NCBI GenBank assembly: GCA_963719225.1
Contig: CAVRAY010000001.1
Span: forward strand, 3,776,001-3,840,000
Origin: Thermoanaerobaculia bacterium
Lineage (GTDB): Bacteria; Acidobacteriota; Thermoanaerobaculia; UBA5066
Direction of reading: 5' to 3'
DNA: 64,000 nucleotides
The translations under genes were made by a program, and so were the position numbers. Shown piece after piece: positions 8,759-18,031 of this stretch (position 1 is its first letter; every line of letters begins with the position of its first letter). The notes under the pieces were generated by a model, which saw only the letters and a program-made list of their open reading frames with translations, was not told where the DNA came from and ran no database searches.

Positions 8759-9889
8759 ATGACGCTGCTCCAGCCTTTTGCCGCCGCTCTCGGTTGCGCG
8801 CTCGCGCTGGTCGGCTCTTCGACCGCGCCCACGCACCTTCCCGCGCTCTCCCATCCCTCCCCGGCCGTCCGCCCCGATTTCTGGCGCCCCATCTCGATGG
8901 CGGGGGCGCCGGCGCCGAGCGTCGACCATGTCGCGGTGTGGACGGGATCGCGGATGATCGTCTGGGGCGGCTTTTCGTTCGGCACCCGCTCGAACGGCGG
9001 GGGCCTCTACTATCCCGAGGGAGACTCGTGGACGCCCATGTCCCTCGCCGGCGCTCCCTCGGGGCGTTCCGGGGCGACGGCGGTCTGGACCGGATCGGAA
9101 ATGCTCGTCTGGGGAGGATTCACCACCGGAAAGGAGAACACGGGCGGACGCTATGACCCGGCGACGGATTCGTGGTCGCCCCTCGCGACGCCCACTTTTC
9201 TCGAAGGGCGCTACCGGCACTCCGCAGTCTGGACCGGTTCGAAGATGATCGCCTGGGGAGGGCACGACGACGGGGAACGAATCTACGCAGACGGCGGCGC
9301 CTACGATCCGGCGACGGGCCTCTGGTCGCCGCTCGCGACGTTTCCGGGGCCACTGGGACGCGCGAACCACGCGGCCGTCTGGACGGGATCGGAGATGCTG
9401 ATCTGGGGCGGCTTCGACGCGACCGAAACCGACTCGTTCCACGACGTCCCGACGGGCTGGAGATACGATCCGGTCCGGGATTCGTGGAGCGCGATGTCCT
9501 CCGTTCACGCGCCCTCCGCGACGCCGAATCCTCGTGCCGTGTGGACCGGCTCCCGATTGATCGTGTGGAGCTTTTTCGGCCCGACGCCCGCTGCTTCGTA
9601 CGATCCGACGTCGGACACGTGGGAACCTCTTCCCCAGCCGCCCGCGCTCGAGTGGTGTCCGAGTACCGGGTTGATCACCGGATTCCAGACGGTCTGGACC
9701 GGCTCGGAGATGGTGGTCTGGGGAGGAGGAAGCGCGCGCTATTCACCCTCCCGCTCGACGTGGGCTCCGCTCCGCGAGAGGGGAGCTCCGGCCTGGTGGT
9801 GCCTCGGGGGACAGACCGCCATCTGGACCGGCGACAGGATGATCGTGTGGGGCCCCGAGGGGGCTATCTGGACGCCCGGTTCGCCCTAG
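8759..9889 (+). CDS. Secreted Kelch-like beta-propeller repeat protein
   Basis: About 7 repeats of AVWTGSxMIVWGG...YDPxTDSW; signal-peptide-like N-terminus. Confidence 0.85.
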   Translation: MTLLQPFAAALGCALALVGSSTAPTHLPALSHPSPAVRPDFWRPISMAGAPAPSVDHVAVWTGSRMIVWGGFSFGTRSNGGGLYYPEGDSWTPMSLAGAPSGRSGATAVWTGSEMLVWGGFTTGKENTGGRYDPATDSWSPLATPTFLEGRYRHSAVWTGSKMIAWGGHDDGERIYADGGAYDPATGLWSPLATFPGPLGRANHAAVWTGSEMLIWGGFDATETDSFHDVPTGWRYDPVRDSWSAMSSVHAPSATPNPRAVWTGSRLIVWSFFGPTPAASYDPTSDTWEPLPQPPALEWCPSTGLITGFQTVWTGSEMVVWGGGSARYSPSRSTWAPLRERGAPAWWCLGGQTAIWTGDRMIVWGPEGAIWTPGSP

Positions 9890-11218
9890 CAGGCTGCTGA
9901 AAAAGGGCTCCTGAAAATCGCGGCGAGGCATTGACTGCTGCGCGATGCGGCTGCACCTTGGTGTGCATGCGTGGAGACAACGAAAAGCAGGTCGATCTTG
10001 TCGTGACGATGACGCCCGAGGAGCTCGTGCCGCGGGACCACCCGATCCGCAAGGTGAAGGCGCTTGCAGACGAAGCGCTCAGGCGTCTCGAGCCCAAGCT
10101 CGCCAGGCTGTACTCGGAGCGAGGGCGTCCATCGATTCCGCCCGAGATGCTTCTCAAGGCGCAGATCCTCATCGCGCTGTACAGCGTGAGAAGCGAGCGG
10201 CTCTTCTGCGAGCGGCTCGGGTACGACTTTCTCTTCCGCTGGTTCCTGGACATGCCGGGGCTTGCACCGGCCTTCGATCCGACGACCTTCTCGAAGAACC
10301 GCCAGAGACTGTTGGAGGCCGAGGTCTTCGAGGAGTTCTTCTCGGAAGTCGTCGCACAGGCCCGCAAGAAGTTTCTTCTCTCGGACGAGCACTTCACCGT
10401 GGACGGCACGCTGATCGAAGCGAACGCCTCCTTGAAGAGCTTCCAGCCCCGGAAGGACAAGGACGGTAAGGGCGGCGATGAGCCGCCAGCTCCTGGCGGC
10501 CGCAACGCCGATGTCGACTTTCGCGGCCAGAAGAGGCGCAACGACACGCACGCCTCGACGACCGATCCCGACGCCAAGCTCTACAAGAAGGGAGACGGCC
10601 AGCCTTCGCAGCTGTGCTACCTCGGCCACGTCTTGATGGAGAACAGAAACGGACTGTGCGTGAAGGCGCGCGTAACGACGGCCGACGGCTACGGGGAGAG
10701 GTCGGCCGCACTGGGCATGGTCGACGAGCTGGGCTCGGACAAGCGCATCACGCTGGCCGGCGACAAGGGCTACGACACGAGGGATTTCATCGAAAGGCTC
10801 CGAGAGAGAGGCGTCACGCCCCACGTGGCCCAGAACACCACCAACAGGCGCAGCGCCATCGACCGAAGGACGACGAGACACGCGGGCTACGCCGTGAGCC
10901 AGCGAATCAGGAAGCGCGTCGAAGAAATCTTCGGCTGGAGTAAGACCATCGGAGGCCTGGCCAAGACGCGCTTCCGAGGACTCGCCCGCGTGGCGGCTCA
11001 CGTCCTCAGCGTGATGACGGCCTACAACCTCGTCCGAATGGCGCGAATGGAGTCCTCGACCGCCTGATTCCCCCTGAAGCGCCCCTCGGTGCGACCGAAG
11101 CGGGCCGAAAAAGGCGAGCAGCACGGACTCACTCTCTCGAAGCAATCCCCTCTTTCAGCTTGACGTGTCTTCTCCCGCTCAAGCTCCTTTGAAAAAGAGC
11201 CCTTTCTTCAGCAGCCTG
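9890..11218 (+). mobile_element. Complete IS5-family-type insertion sequence, 1329 bp
   Basis: Left IR CAGGCTGCTGAAAAAGGGCTC (9890-9910); right IR (11197-11218) reverse-complements to CAGGCTGCTGAAGAAAGGGCTC; CTAG duplicated at 9886-9889 and 11219-11222. Confidence 0.93.
9967..11067 (+). CDS. IS5-family DDE transposase
   Basis: GRPSIPPE...SER (DUF772-like), VDGTLIEA, GDKGYD and RKRVEEIFGW motifs. Confidence 0.95.
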   Translation: MRGDNEKQVDLVVTMTPEELVPRDHPIRKVKALADEALRRLEPKLARLYSERGRPSIPPEMLLKAQILIALYSVRSERLFCERLGYDFLFRWFLDMPGLAPAFDPTTFSKNRQRLLEAEVFEEFFSEVVAQARKKFLLSDEHFTVDGTLIEANASLKSFQPRKDKDGKGGDEPPAPGGRNADVDFRGQKRRNDTHASTTDPDAKLYKKGDGQPSQLCYLGHVLMENRNGLCVKARVTTADGYGERSAALGMVDELGSDKRITLAGDKGYDTRDFIERLRERGVTPHVAQNTTNRRSAIDRRTTRHAGYAVSQRIRKRVEEIFGWSKTIGGLAKTRFRGLARVAAHVLSVMTAYNLVRMARMESSTA

Positions 11219-11320
11219 CTAGAGCGTCCTCAGCGCGCCTCGTCGGCCACGATGAAGTACTCGCCGAGAAGACGATCCGTTCCAAAGCTGCGAGCGCGAA
11301 GGTTGTCATCGATCTCCCAC

Positions 11321-13396
11321 CTACTGGAAGTACCCGGTGACGTCGACGATGAGGTCGAGGGGGCCCGCCGTCGCGTTCTGCGCGTTGAACGAACCGGTGC
11401 CGTCGCGCGCCAACCCCAGCATGGTGTTGTTCGCACGCGTCCTGCCAGCGCGAAAGACCACCGTCTCGACGAGGGGCGGCGCCGTGAGATCGCCGGGATA
11501 CACGACGAGCCGGCCGTCGACCGTCGCGTTCGTGACGGTGACGTTCGCCGAGATCGCCTGCGCTCCTGCCGGAATGCCGCACGAGCCCGTCGCCACGAAA
11601 CGCCGGATGGACGAAGCGGCGAGGCGAGGTCCGCCGAGCGGTCCGTTCGTCTTGCGCGTGTCGAGGACCCGGCAGGGCGTGATCTGGAAGAAACCGGTCG
11701 TCGAGGACCCCAGCACGGTGGTCGACGCGAACACGCCCTGGCTCGCGTTTCCGTACGAGCCGCTCGCGCTCGTCTCCAGCTTCACGGCACGCACCATGTA
11801 CGTCCAGGGGCCGCCGGGCACGCCGGAATCCGTGAAGGACGTGCTTCCGAGCGGCGAGGAGGTGACACGCGAGAAGGGCCCTCCCGGATTCGGGGAGCGA
11901 TAGACGTGATAGCCGTCGACCGCTTCCGGGGAGGCCGTCCAGGCCAGCGCGGCCGTGTGGAAGCCGGGATTCACTGTCAGGTTCGAGACGGGTGCGACCG
12001 GCGTGAGCCGCAGTGTCGGATCCCCCATCAGGGCGATGTGGACCTGCGCCCCCGAGCTGTTCTGCGAGACGCGTGCCCCGTATCCGATCGTCTCTCCCAT
12101 GGCCATGTGGTGGACGTACCACGCCGGCCGCCCCGCCCACGCACACGTGAGACCGTAGGTCCTCGTCGCGAGCGGCGCCCTCAGGAAATTGTTCGAGACG
12201 TCCCAATCGCCGAAATAGCTGCCGAAGAGAAACGTGAAGGCGACCTTCGTATCGGTCGAGACGAAGTTGGACGTGGAGCCGACCCCGCTCGCTCCGGTGT
12301 AGTTCCCGCCTCCGCAGCCGTAGGCCCACAGGTACCCGTTGTTCGCCAGCGTCGTGAACCAGTCCAGGGCGAAGACGTTGGGACGCCCGAAGAACGCGGA
12401 GAAGGCCCTCCAGCCGGTCGAGGCGAAGGCCTCCCCTCCGAACGCGCCGAAGTTGTCGTCGATGAGACCCCGGGCGGGCAACGTCCAGACCGCGTGGCGG
12501 AAGGCGTGGTCCTTGTCGAGGTACTGGCCGAGGAGATCGCGTTCGGTCTTCGGCCCGAAGGCCGGCATGTTGGCGAGATCGACGCGGCCGACGGCGAGCT
12601 CCACGAGGCCGGGAGCGGAAGTCTGGTCGAACTTGCCGTCGCCTGGCACGTTGCTTTGTCGTCCGGTTCCACCGTAATTGACGGTGTCGGTCCAGACGCC
12701 GTCCATGTCGCCGTAGTAGAGGTCGGCGGGCCACGCCCCGATGTGATCTGGATGCCCGTCCGGCGCGAGTTGCCCCGAGTAAGGGACCGGAACGTGGCCG
12801 AAGAGAAAGACGGTCTTCACGCGCGTCGGAGCGGCCAGGTAATCCGCCTTGATCAGAGCCTTCACCGAAGGCACGCTTGCCGTTCGCAACACGTCGTGGC
12901 GAATCACCGACCAGCCGTCGCCGACGACGTCCTGCTGCAGCAGGTCCAGCTCGGCGGCGAGATCGCTCGCGTAGGTCGAGTCGACGACGAGGATCACCGT
13001 CCCGCGATCCTCGACGAGCGGCAGCGAAATGCCCGACGCGACATAGCCGTACCCGGAAACGCTCGCCTGCCTCGTGACCCGGTATTCGTACGACGTGCCG
13101 GCCGTGACGTTCGTATCGGTGAACCCGGTCGCGGATCCCGCCAGGGTGGCAATCGCCGTGCCCCACGTCGTGGCGGTCCACGTCTTACGGGAGACGACAT
13201 ACTGCGTCGCCCCGGAATACGAGCCCCACGAAAGCGCGATCTGCGGCGGCGCGGTCTGGACGGTCGCCGTGACCTGCACGGCGTAATCCGCCGCCACCTG
13301 CGCTGCGGCGCGGGCCGCGGAAAACGCGCAAACGAGGAGCGCCGCCACCCCAAGGCACACGCGTCCCGCGATACCCCGCACCGGATGAGGAAGCAT
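11321..13396 (-). CDS. Secreted protein: FN3 + peptidase C25-like core + FN3 + C-terminal PCRxxDTR domain
   Basis: Signal peptide; FN3 (LSW...YVVSR...FTDTNV...YEYRV); VFLFGHVP, ADLYYGDMDG, VGRV and LMGDPTL as in C25-like folds; C-terminal TPCRVLDTR...DLIVDVTGYF. Confidence 0.7.
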   Translation of the reverse strand: MLPHPVRGIAGRVCLGVAALLVCAFSAARAAAQVAADYAVQVTATVQTAPPQIALSWGSYSGATQYVVSRKTWTATTWGTAIATLAGSATGFTDTNVTAGTSYEYRVTRQASVSGYGYVASGISLPLVEDRGTVILVVDSTYASDLAAELDLLQQDVVGDGWSVIRHDVLRTASVPSVKALIKADYLAAPTRVKTVFLFGHVPVPYSGQLAPDGHPDHIGAWPADLYYGDMDGVWTDTVNYGGTGRQSNVPGDGKFDQTSAPGLVELAVGRVDLANMPAFGPKTERDLLGQYLDKDHAFRHAVWTLPARGLIDDNFGAFGGEAFASTGWRAFSAFFGRPNVFALDWFTTLANNGYLWAYGCGGGNYTGASGVGSTSNFVSTDTKVAFTFLFGSYFGDWDVSNNFLRAPLATRTYGLTCAWAGRPAWYVHHMAMGETIGYGARVSQNSSGAQVHIALMGDPTLRLTPVAPVSNLTVNPGFHTAALAWTASPEAVDGYHVYRSPNPGGPFSRVTSSPLGSTSFTDSGVPGGPWTYMVRAVKLETSASGSYGNASQGVFASTTVLGSSTTGFFQITPCRVLDTRKTNGPLGGPRLAASSIRRFVATGSCGIPAGAQAISANVTVTNATVDGRLVVYPGDLTAPPLVETVVFRAGRTRANNTMLGLARDGTGSFNAQNATAGPLDLIVDVTGYFQ

Positions 13397-13484
13397 TTAC
13401 ACAATTATAGAGCGCTCGCTCGCCAAACCGCCGCGGCGGAGAAAACGAGACGGCGTCTCACCGGCACGCTAAACTCGCTGGTCC

Positions 13485-16178
13485 GTGAAAGCCCCCTTCC
13501 GTTACGCCTCCGTCCGCCCCCGTTTCGAGCCGTTCCTCCTCGCCGTCGAGCGCCCCGGGCGCTACCTCGGCTTGGAGCGGAACGTCGTGCGCAAGGACCT
13601 CCCCGCCATGGATGTCACGGTGTGTCTCGCGTTTCCCGACGCCTACGAGATCGGGATGAGCCACACGGGCACGAAGATCCTCTACGAGATCGTGAACCGC
13701 CGTGCCGCGTGGGCCTGCGAGCGGACGTACGCGCCGTGGACCGACTTCGAGACGGTCCTGCGGCGCGAGAGGATTTCCCTCTTCTCGGTCGAGTCCTTCG
13801 CGCCCGTGCGCGACTTCGACGTCGTCGGCTTCTCGCTCCAGAGCGAGATGAACTACACGAACGTCCCGAACATGCTCGACGTCGCCGGGATCCCCGTTCT
13901 CGCGTCGGAGCGCGCCGACGCGGACCCCGTCGTGATCGGGGGCGGGCCGTGCGTCGCGAATCCCGAGCCTCTCGCGGACTTCTTCGACGTCTTCCTGATC
14001 GGCGACGCCGAGGAGGCGCTGCCCGTCTTCCTCGAGGCCGTCGCGAAGACGAAGGGCCTGCCGCGAAAGGAGCGCCTCCTCGCGTTCGCCGCCTGTCCGG
14101 GAATCTACGTCCCGTCTCTCTACGACGTGAGGTACGACGAGGACCGCGTCGCCTCGTACGTTCCGAACGCGCCGGGCGTTCCCGCGGAGGTCAAGCGCGT
14201 CTGGGTCGAGAGGCTCTCGGCGGACGTCTATCCGGCAAAGCCCATGGTCCCGTCCGTCGACATCGTCCAGGACCGCCTCGGACTCGAGATCATGCGCGGC
14301 TGCACGCAGGGCTGCCGCTTCTGCCAGGCCGGCTACTGGTACCGCCCCGTACGCGAGCTGGACCCCGCCGACGTCGCGCAGGCGACGAAGGCATTCATCG
14401 ACGAGGCGGGCTGGAGCGAGGTCGGCCTCCTGTCGCTCTCCTCGGCGGACTATTCGCAGATCGAGCCGCTCGTCGCGTGCCTCGCGCCCGAGCTCGCGAA
14501 GACGAAGGTCTCGATCTCGCTCCCGTCCCTCCGCGCCGAGGCGTTCTCCGTCGCGCTCGCGGACGCCGTCTCCGAGGTGCGCAAGTCCGGCTTCACGTTC
14601 GCGCCCGAGACGGGCTCGGACCGCCTCCGCCGCGTCATCAACAAGACGTTCACGAACGCGGACATGGTCAAGGCCGCGGACGTCGCCTTCGGGCGCGGCT
14701 GGGACATGATCAAGGTCTACACGATGATCGGCCTCCCGACGGAGACCGAGCCGGACCTCGACGAGCTCGTGACGCTCGTGAGGGACATCCTCGCGCAGGC
14801 GCGCCGGCACGGCATCCGGCCGAACGTGAACGTCTCTGTCGGCTGCTTCGTCCCGAAGAGCTTCACGCCGTTCCAGTGGTTCGGCTTCGACGGGGTCGAG
14901 AGCCTCGAGAGGAAGATCGCGTACCTCAAGGACCGCTTCCGCTCCGTCAAGGGCGCGAAGATGACGTGGCACGAGCCGCGGGAGGCCGAGATCGAAACCA
15001 TGCTCTCGCTCGGCGACCGGCGCATGGGCGCCGCGATCCTCGAGGTGTGGAGGAGGGGCGGCCGCTTCGACGCGTGGAGCGAGCACTTCTCGTGGGAGCG
15101 CTGGACGGAGGCGCTCGAGGCCGCGGGTGTCCCGAAGAGCCGGCACCTGAGGCACAAGGACCTGAAGGAAACGCTCCCCTGGGACGTCGTGGACGCCTCC
15201 ATCCGCAAGCCCTTCCTCGTCGTCGAGTGGAAGAAGGCGCTCAAGGAGATGGATACCGACGACTGCAAGTGGGGCCACTGCTACGCCTGCGGCGTCCCCG
15301 GCAACGGCGAGGACACGGTGCTTGCCAATCCGTTGCCGAGAGATTTCGATTTTGCTTCGGAAGGGAGCGGCGCGACGAGCGCGCCGCCCAGGGATTCGGA
15401 TTCGGATTTCTTAGAAGGTGAAGAGGGCAGCCGCGGCGGCGGAGCGCTGCCCGTCGCGCCCGCGCTGTCTGCGGGCGCATCGGCCGCTCGACCATTCGAA
15501 GAAGATCTTCTTCCTTCTACCTCTTCCTCTTTGCCTTCCTCTTTCCCTCTTCCCTCCGCCTATACCGAGAAAGCCAAGGGCGCGGCGTACCGCATGAAGG
15601 CCCAGCCGGACCTTCTACCGCTGCGCGAGCGCCGCGCGGTGGGTGGCGGCGCTGCGGCCTCCGTGCCCGCCTCGGCCCGCACGTATCGCCTCTCCTTCGA
15701 GAAGCTCGGCGACGCGCGGTACCTCTCGCACCGCAACACGATGGACGTTCTCGAGCGCGCGCTGCGCGCGTCGGGGGCGCCCGTGCGCTACACGGAGGGC
15801 TACAACCCGCACCTGCGCCTGTCGATGGGCCCGGCGCTGCCCCTCGGCCACGAGTCGCGGCACGAGCTCTTCGACGTGGACGTCCTCGACGCCCTCACGG
15901 ACGCGCACGTCGCCGCCGTGAACGACCGGCTGCCGGCGGGCCTCGTGATCACGTCCTGCGCCGAGCTCCCGAAGGGTGCGAAGTCCCTCGGCCGCGCCGC
16001 GACGGAGGCCGTGTACCGCTTCACGCTCCCGAACGGGGAGTCGCGGGAGGAGCGCCTCTCGCTCATGGGGCAGACGGCCACGACGCCGAAGAAGTTCCTC
16101 GAGAGGGAATACGGCGTCCCGCCCGAGGGCCAGCACGCCGTGCGCGTCACGCGCCTCGAGACCGTCCTTCAGTCGTAG
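13485..16178 (+). CDS. TIGR03960-type B12-binding radical SAM protein fused to a TIGR03936/DUF2344 domain
   Basis: FPDAYEIGMSH, RGCTQGCRFC, TFAPETG, C-terminal Cys cluster, then RYLSH...YTEGYNPH...ALPLG. Confidence 0.9.
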   Translation: MKAPFRYASVRPRFEPFLLAVERPGRYLGLERNVVRKDLPAMDVTVCLAFPDAYEIGMSHTGTKILYEIVNRRAAWACERTYAPWTDFETVLRRERISLFSVESFAPVRDFDVVGFSLQSEMNYTNVPNMLDVAGIPVLASERADADPVVIGGGPCVANPEPLADFFDVFLIGDAEEALPVFLEAVAKTKGLPRKERLLAFAACPGIYVPSLYDVRYDEDRVASYVPNAPGVPAEVKRVWVERLSADVYPAKPMVPSVDIVQDRLGLEIMRGCTQGCRFCQAGYWYRPVRELDPADVAQATKAFIDEAGWSEVGLLSLSSADYSQIEPLVACLAPELAKTKVSISLPSLRAEAFSVALADAVSEVRKSGFTFAPETGSDRLRRVINKTFTNADMVKAADVAFGRGWDMIKVYTMIGLPTETEPDLDELVTLVRDILAQARRHGIRPNVNVSVGCFVPKSFTPFQWFGFDGVESLERKIAYLKDRFRSVKGAKMTWHEPREAEIETMLSLGDRRMGAAILEVWRRGGRFDAWSEHFSWERWTEALEAAGVPKSRHLRHKDLKETLPWDVVDASIRKPFLVVEWKKALKEMDTDDCKWGHCYACGVPGNGEDTVLANPLPRDFDFASEGSGATSAPPRDSDSDFLEGEEGSRGGGALPVAPALSAGASAARPFEEDLLPSTSSSLPSSFPLPSAYTEKAKGAAYRMKAQPDLLPLRERRAVGGGAAASVPASARTYRLSFEKLGDARYLSHRNTMDVLERALRASGAPVRYTEGYNPHLRLSMGPALPLGHESRHELFDVDVLDALTDAHVAAVNDRLPAGLVITSCAELPKGAKSLGRAATEAVYRFTLPNGESREERLSLMGQTATTPKKFLEREYGVPPEGQHAVRVTRLETVLQS
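15405..15557. repeat. Convergent pair of TTCTTAGAA-type motifs with a polypyrimidine flank, in frame within the radical SAM linker
   Basis: TTCTTAGAA at 15408-15416; degenerate reverse copy ACCATTCGAAGAAGATC at 15491-15507; pyrimidine tract 15506-15557. Confidence 0.65.
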
Positions 16179-16188
16179 ACTGCCCCGC

Positions 16189-16566
16189 ATGCTCTGGACC
16201 GTCCGCTGCCACGCGACGTTCGAGGCCGCGCACCATCTCGTGGACTACGTCGGAGGCCCCGAGGGGGCGCACGGCCACTCCTGGAAGATCGAAGTCGCCC
16301 TCTCCGTCGAGCGTCTCGGGCGGTACGACCTCTCCGTCGATTTCGTCCCCACGGAGGCCTTCGTGAAGGACCTCGCCGCGCGCCTTCACAACCGCGACCT
16401 CAACACGGTGCCGCCGTTCGACGCGAAGAACGCGAGCGCGGAAAACGTCGCGCTCTGGGTCGCGGACGAGATCGCGAACGCCGGCTTCCTGAAGGACGGC
16501 GTGCGACTGGAGGAAGTCACCGTCTGGGAAGGCGCGAGGAACAGCGTGACTTTCAGGCCCACTTGA
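16189..16566 (+). CDS. queD: 6-carboxy-5,6,7,8-tetrahydropterin synthase QueD-like
   Basis: FEAAHHL, HGHSW, SAENVA and VWE motifs. Confidence 0.85.
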   Translation: MLWTVRCHATFEAAHHLVDYVGGPEGAHGHSWKIEVALSVERLGRYDLSVDFVPTEAFVKDLAARLHNRDLNTVPPFDAKNASAENVALWVADEIANAGFLKDGVRLEEVTVWEGARNSVTFRPT

Positions 16567-18020
16567 AGTCGTCGCACGTGGCCGCCTCGTCCGCCGCGTT
16601 CGCGGCGCTTCTGGCCGGAGCGCTGCCTTTCTTCGTCGCGGTAACGGCATGGCCGGAGATCGTCACACCCGCGTGGTTCGTGACCCGCGGCCTGAGGCTC
16701 TACGACCAGATCCTCTTCCCGCACACGCCCGCGCTCATTCTCCTGACGGCGCTGGCGGGCTCCTCCTTCGGCTTCAAGGCAGCCGTCCTCCGCGCGCTCC
16801 CCGCCGTGGCGCTCGCGGCGGCGGCGGCGCTCATCGTCACGGCGGCACGGCCCCACCGCGTTTCCCGGGCGGGACTCCTCGCCGGCTTCTTCGCGGGTCT
16901 GCCGCTCCTCCTCCTTCTCTCCGTCTACACCGAAGGTCCCGCCGTCTGGCCGGAGCCATTCCTGACCCCTTTTCTCCTGGGTGGCGTTCTTCTTCTCGAG
17001 CGGTATGAACGAACACGCGCGCCTCGCGCCATCGCCCTCGCGGGCCTCGTCTTGGGCGCGGCGATCCTCGTCAAGCAGACTTCGGCATGGGCCGCGCTCG
17101 GCGCATTCGCGTGGCTTCTCACGCGCCGGATCCGCGGAAGGGACCTTGCGATCTTCGCCGGCGCCGTCGCGTCCCCCTATGCCGTCTTCGCGCTCTCTTG
17201 GGCCGCGTGCTTTCGAACGCTGGCTCACATGCGATGGACGCTCGTCCTGCCGCTCTTCTCGGGACATTCGCGCGAGATCGCCATGCCAGCCGACGCGGCA
17301 GACCTGCACGAGGCCATCGTGCTCTTCCTCCCCTTCCCCGCGCTCGCTCTCTTGCGGCGTGCGGGGAAGGCGTCTCGCTTTCGCTCGCCGACGGCATTCG
17401 TCGCCCTGGCATGCCTCGGAATGACGTGGCCCCGCTGGGGGCTTCTGCACCTTGCCGCGATGACCGGACTCGCGGCGCTCGCCGGGGCGCGTGCCCTTCT
17501 CGTCGCTCGAGCGGCCTTGCGGCGCACGCGCGGCAGGACGGCTCCACGGACACTCCAGTACGCCGCGGTTCTCGGGATGGCGGCCCTCGTGGCCTTCCTC
17601 GGCGTCACGCTCTTCGGTGCCGGATCCCTTCTCGTCGACGCCCGGCGCGGGCCGCTCCGCTTCTGGGACGACGAGACGACGCGTCTCTCCGCGGCGGACG
17701 TACACGCTCGCGTTCCCGCGGGAGGCGAGCTGCTCGTCTTCGGCGGACGCCAGACGCTCTATCCGCTCACGGGGACGCTCGCCCCCGGCCGGCTCTACGT
17801 CAACCCGTCCTTTTGGTATTACCTCAACAAGGATCGCCTCGACGAGCGCGTCGTCAAGACGCTCCGCGAGCGGCCCGGCCTTCTCATCCTGTTCCGCGAG
17901 CCGACACCCGAAGAGGCGCCTCTCCGCCGGACGAAGCTCTACTCCTTCGTCACGACTCAAACGGACGTCATTGCCCACGCCGCAGGTCGGGAATCGTGGC
18001 GCGTCGTGCGCGCCCCATAG
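16563..18020 (+). CDS. Polytopic membrane protein, GT-C/ArnT-like glycosyltransferase
   Basis: Many TM segments; GLRLYDQILFPHTP loop; LVKQ motif. Confidence 0.6.
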   Translation: MKSSHVAASSAAFAALLAGALPFFVAVTAWPEIVTPAWFVTRGLRLYDQILFPHTPALILLTALAGSSFGFKAAVLRALPAVALAAAAALIVTAARPHRVSRAGLLAGFFAGLPLLLLLSVYTEGPAVWPEPFLTPFLLGGVLLLERYERTRAPRAIALAGLVLGAAILVKQTSAWAALGAFAWLLTRRIRGRDLAIFAGAVASPYAVFALSWAACFRTLAHMRWTLVLPLFSGHSREIAMPADAADLHEAIVLFLPFPALALLRRAGKASRFRSPTAFVALACLGMTWPRWGLLHLAAMTGLAALAGARALLVARAALRRTRGRTAPRTLQYAAVLGMAALVAFLGVTLFGAGSLLVDARRGPLRFWDDETTRLSAADVHARVPAGGELLVFGGRQTLYPLTGTLAPGRLYVNPSFWYYLNKDRLDERVVKTLRERPGLLILFREPTPEEAPLRRTKLYSFVTTQTDVIAHAAGRESWRVVRAP

Positions 18021-18031
18021 GAGTCGCATCG

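Noticed and set aside
8759-9889. Periodic GTCTGGACCGG-like DNA repeats as a possible CRISPR or tandem array
   Set aside because: Explained by Kelch-like protein repeats; degenerate at third codon positions; no cas genes
8759-9889. Kelch gene truncated by the IS
   Set aside because: The stop TAG belongs to the CTAG target and is present in the reconstructed empty site
11230-11320. Short minus-strand peptide WEIDDNLRARSFGTDRLLGEYFIVADEAR beside the IS
   Set aside because: May be a gene remnant but is too short to assign without a search
11165-15421. 1418-aa plus-strand ORF
   Set aside because: Arg-rich shadow frame overlapping two well-supported genes
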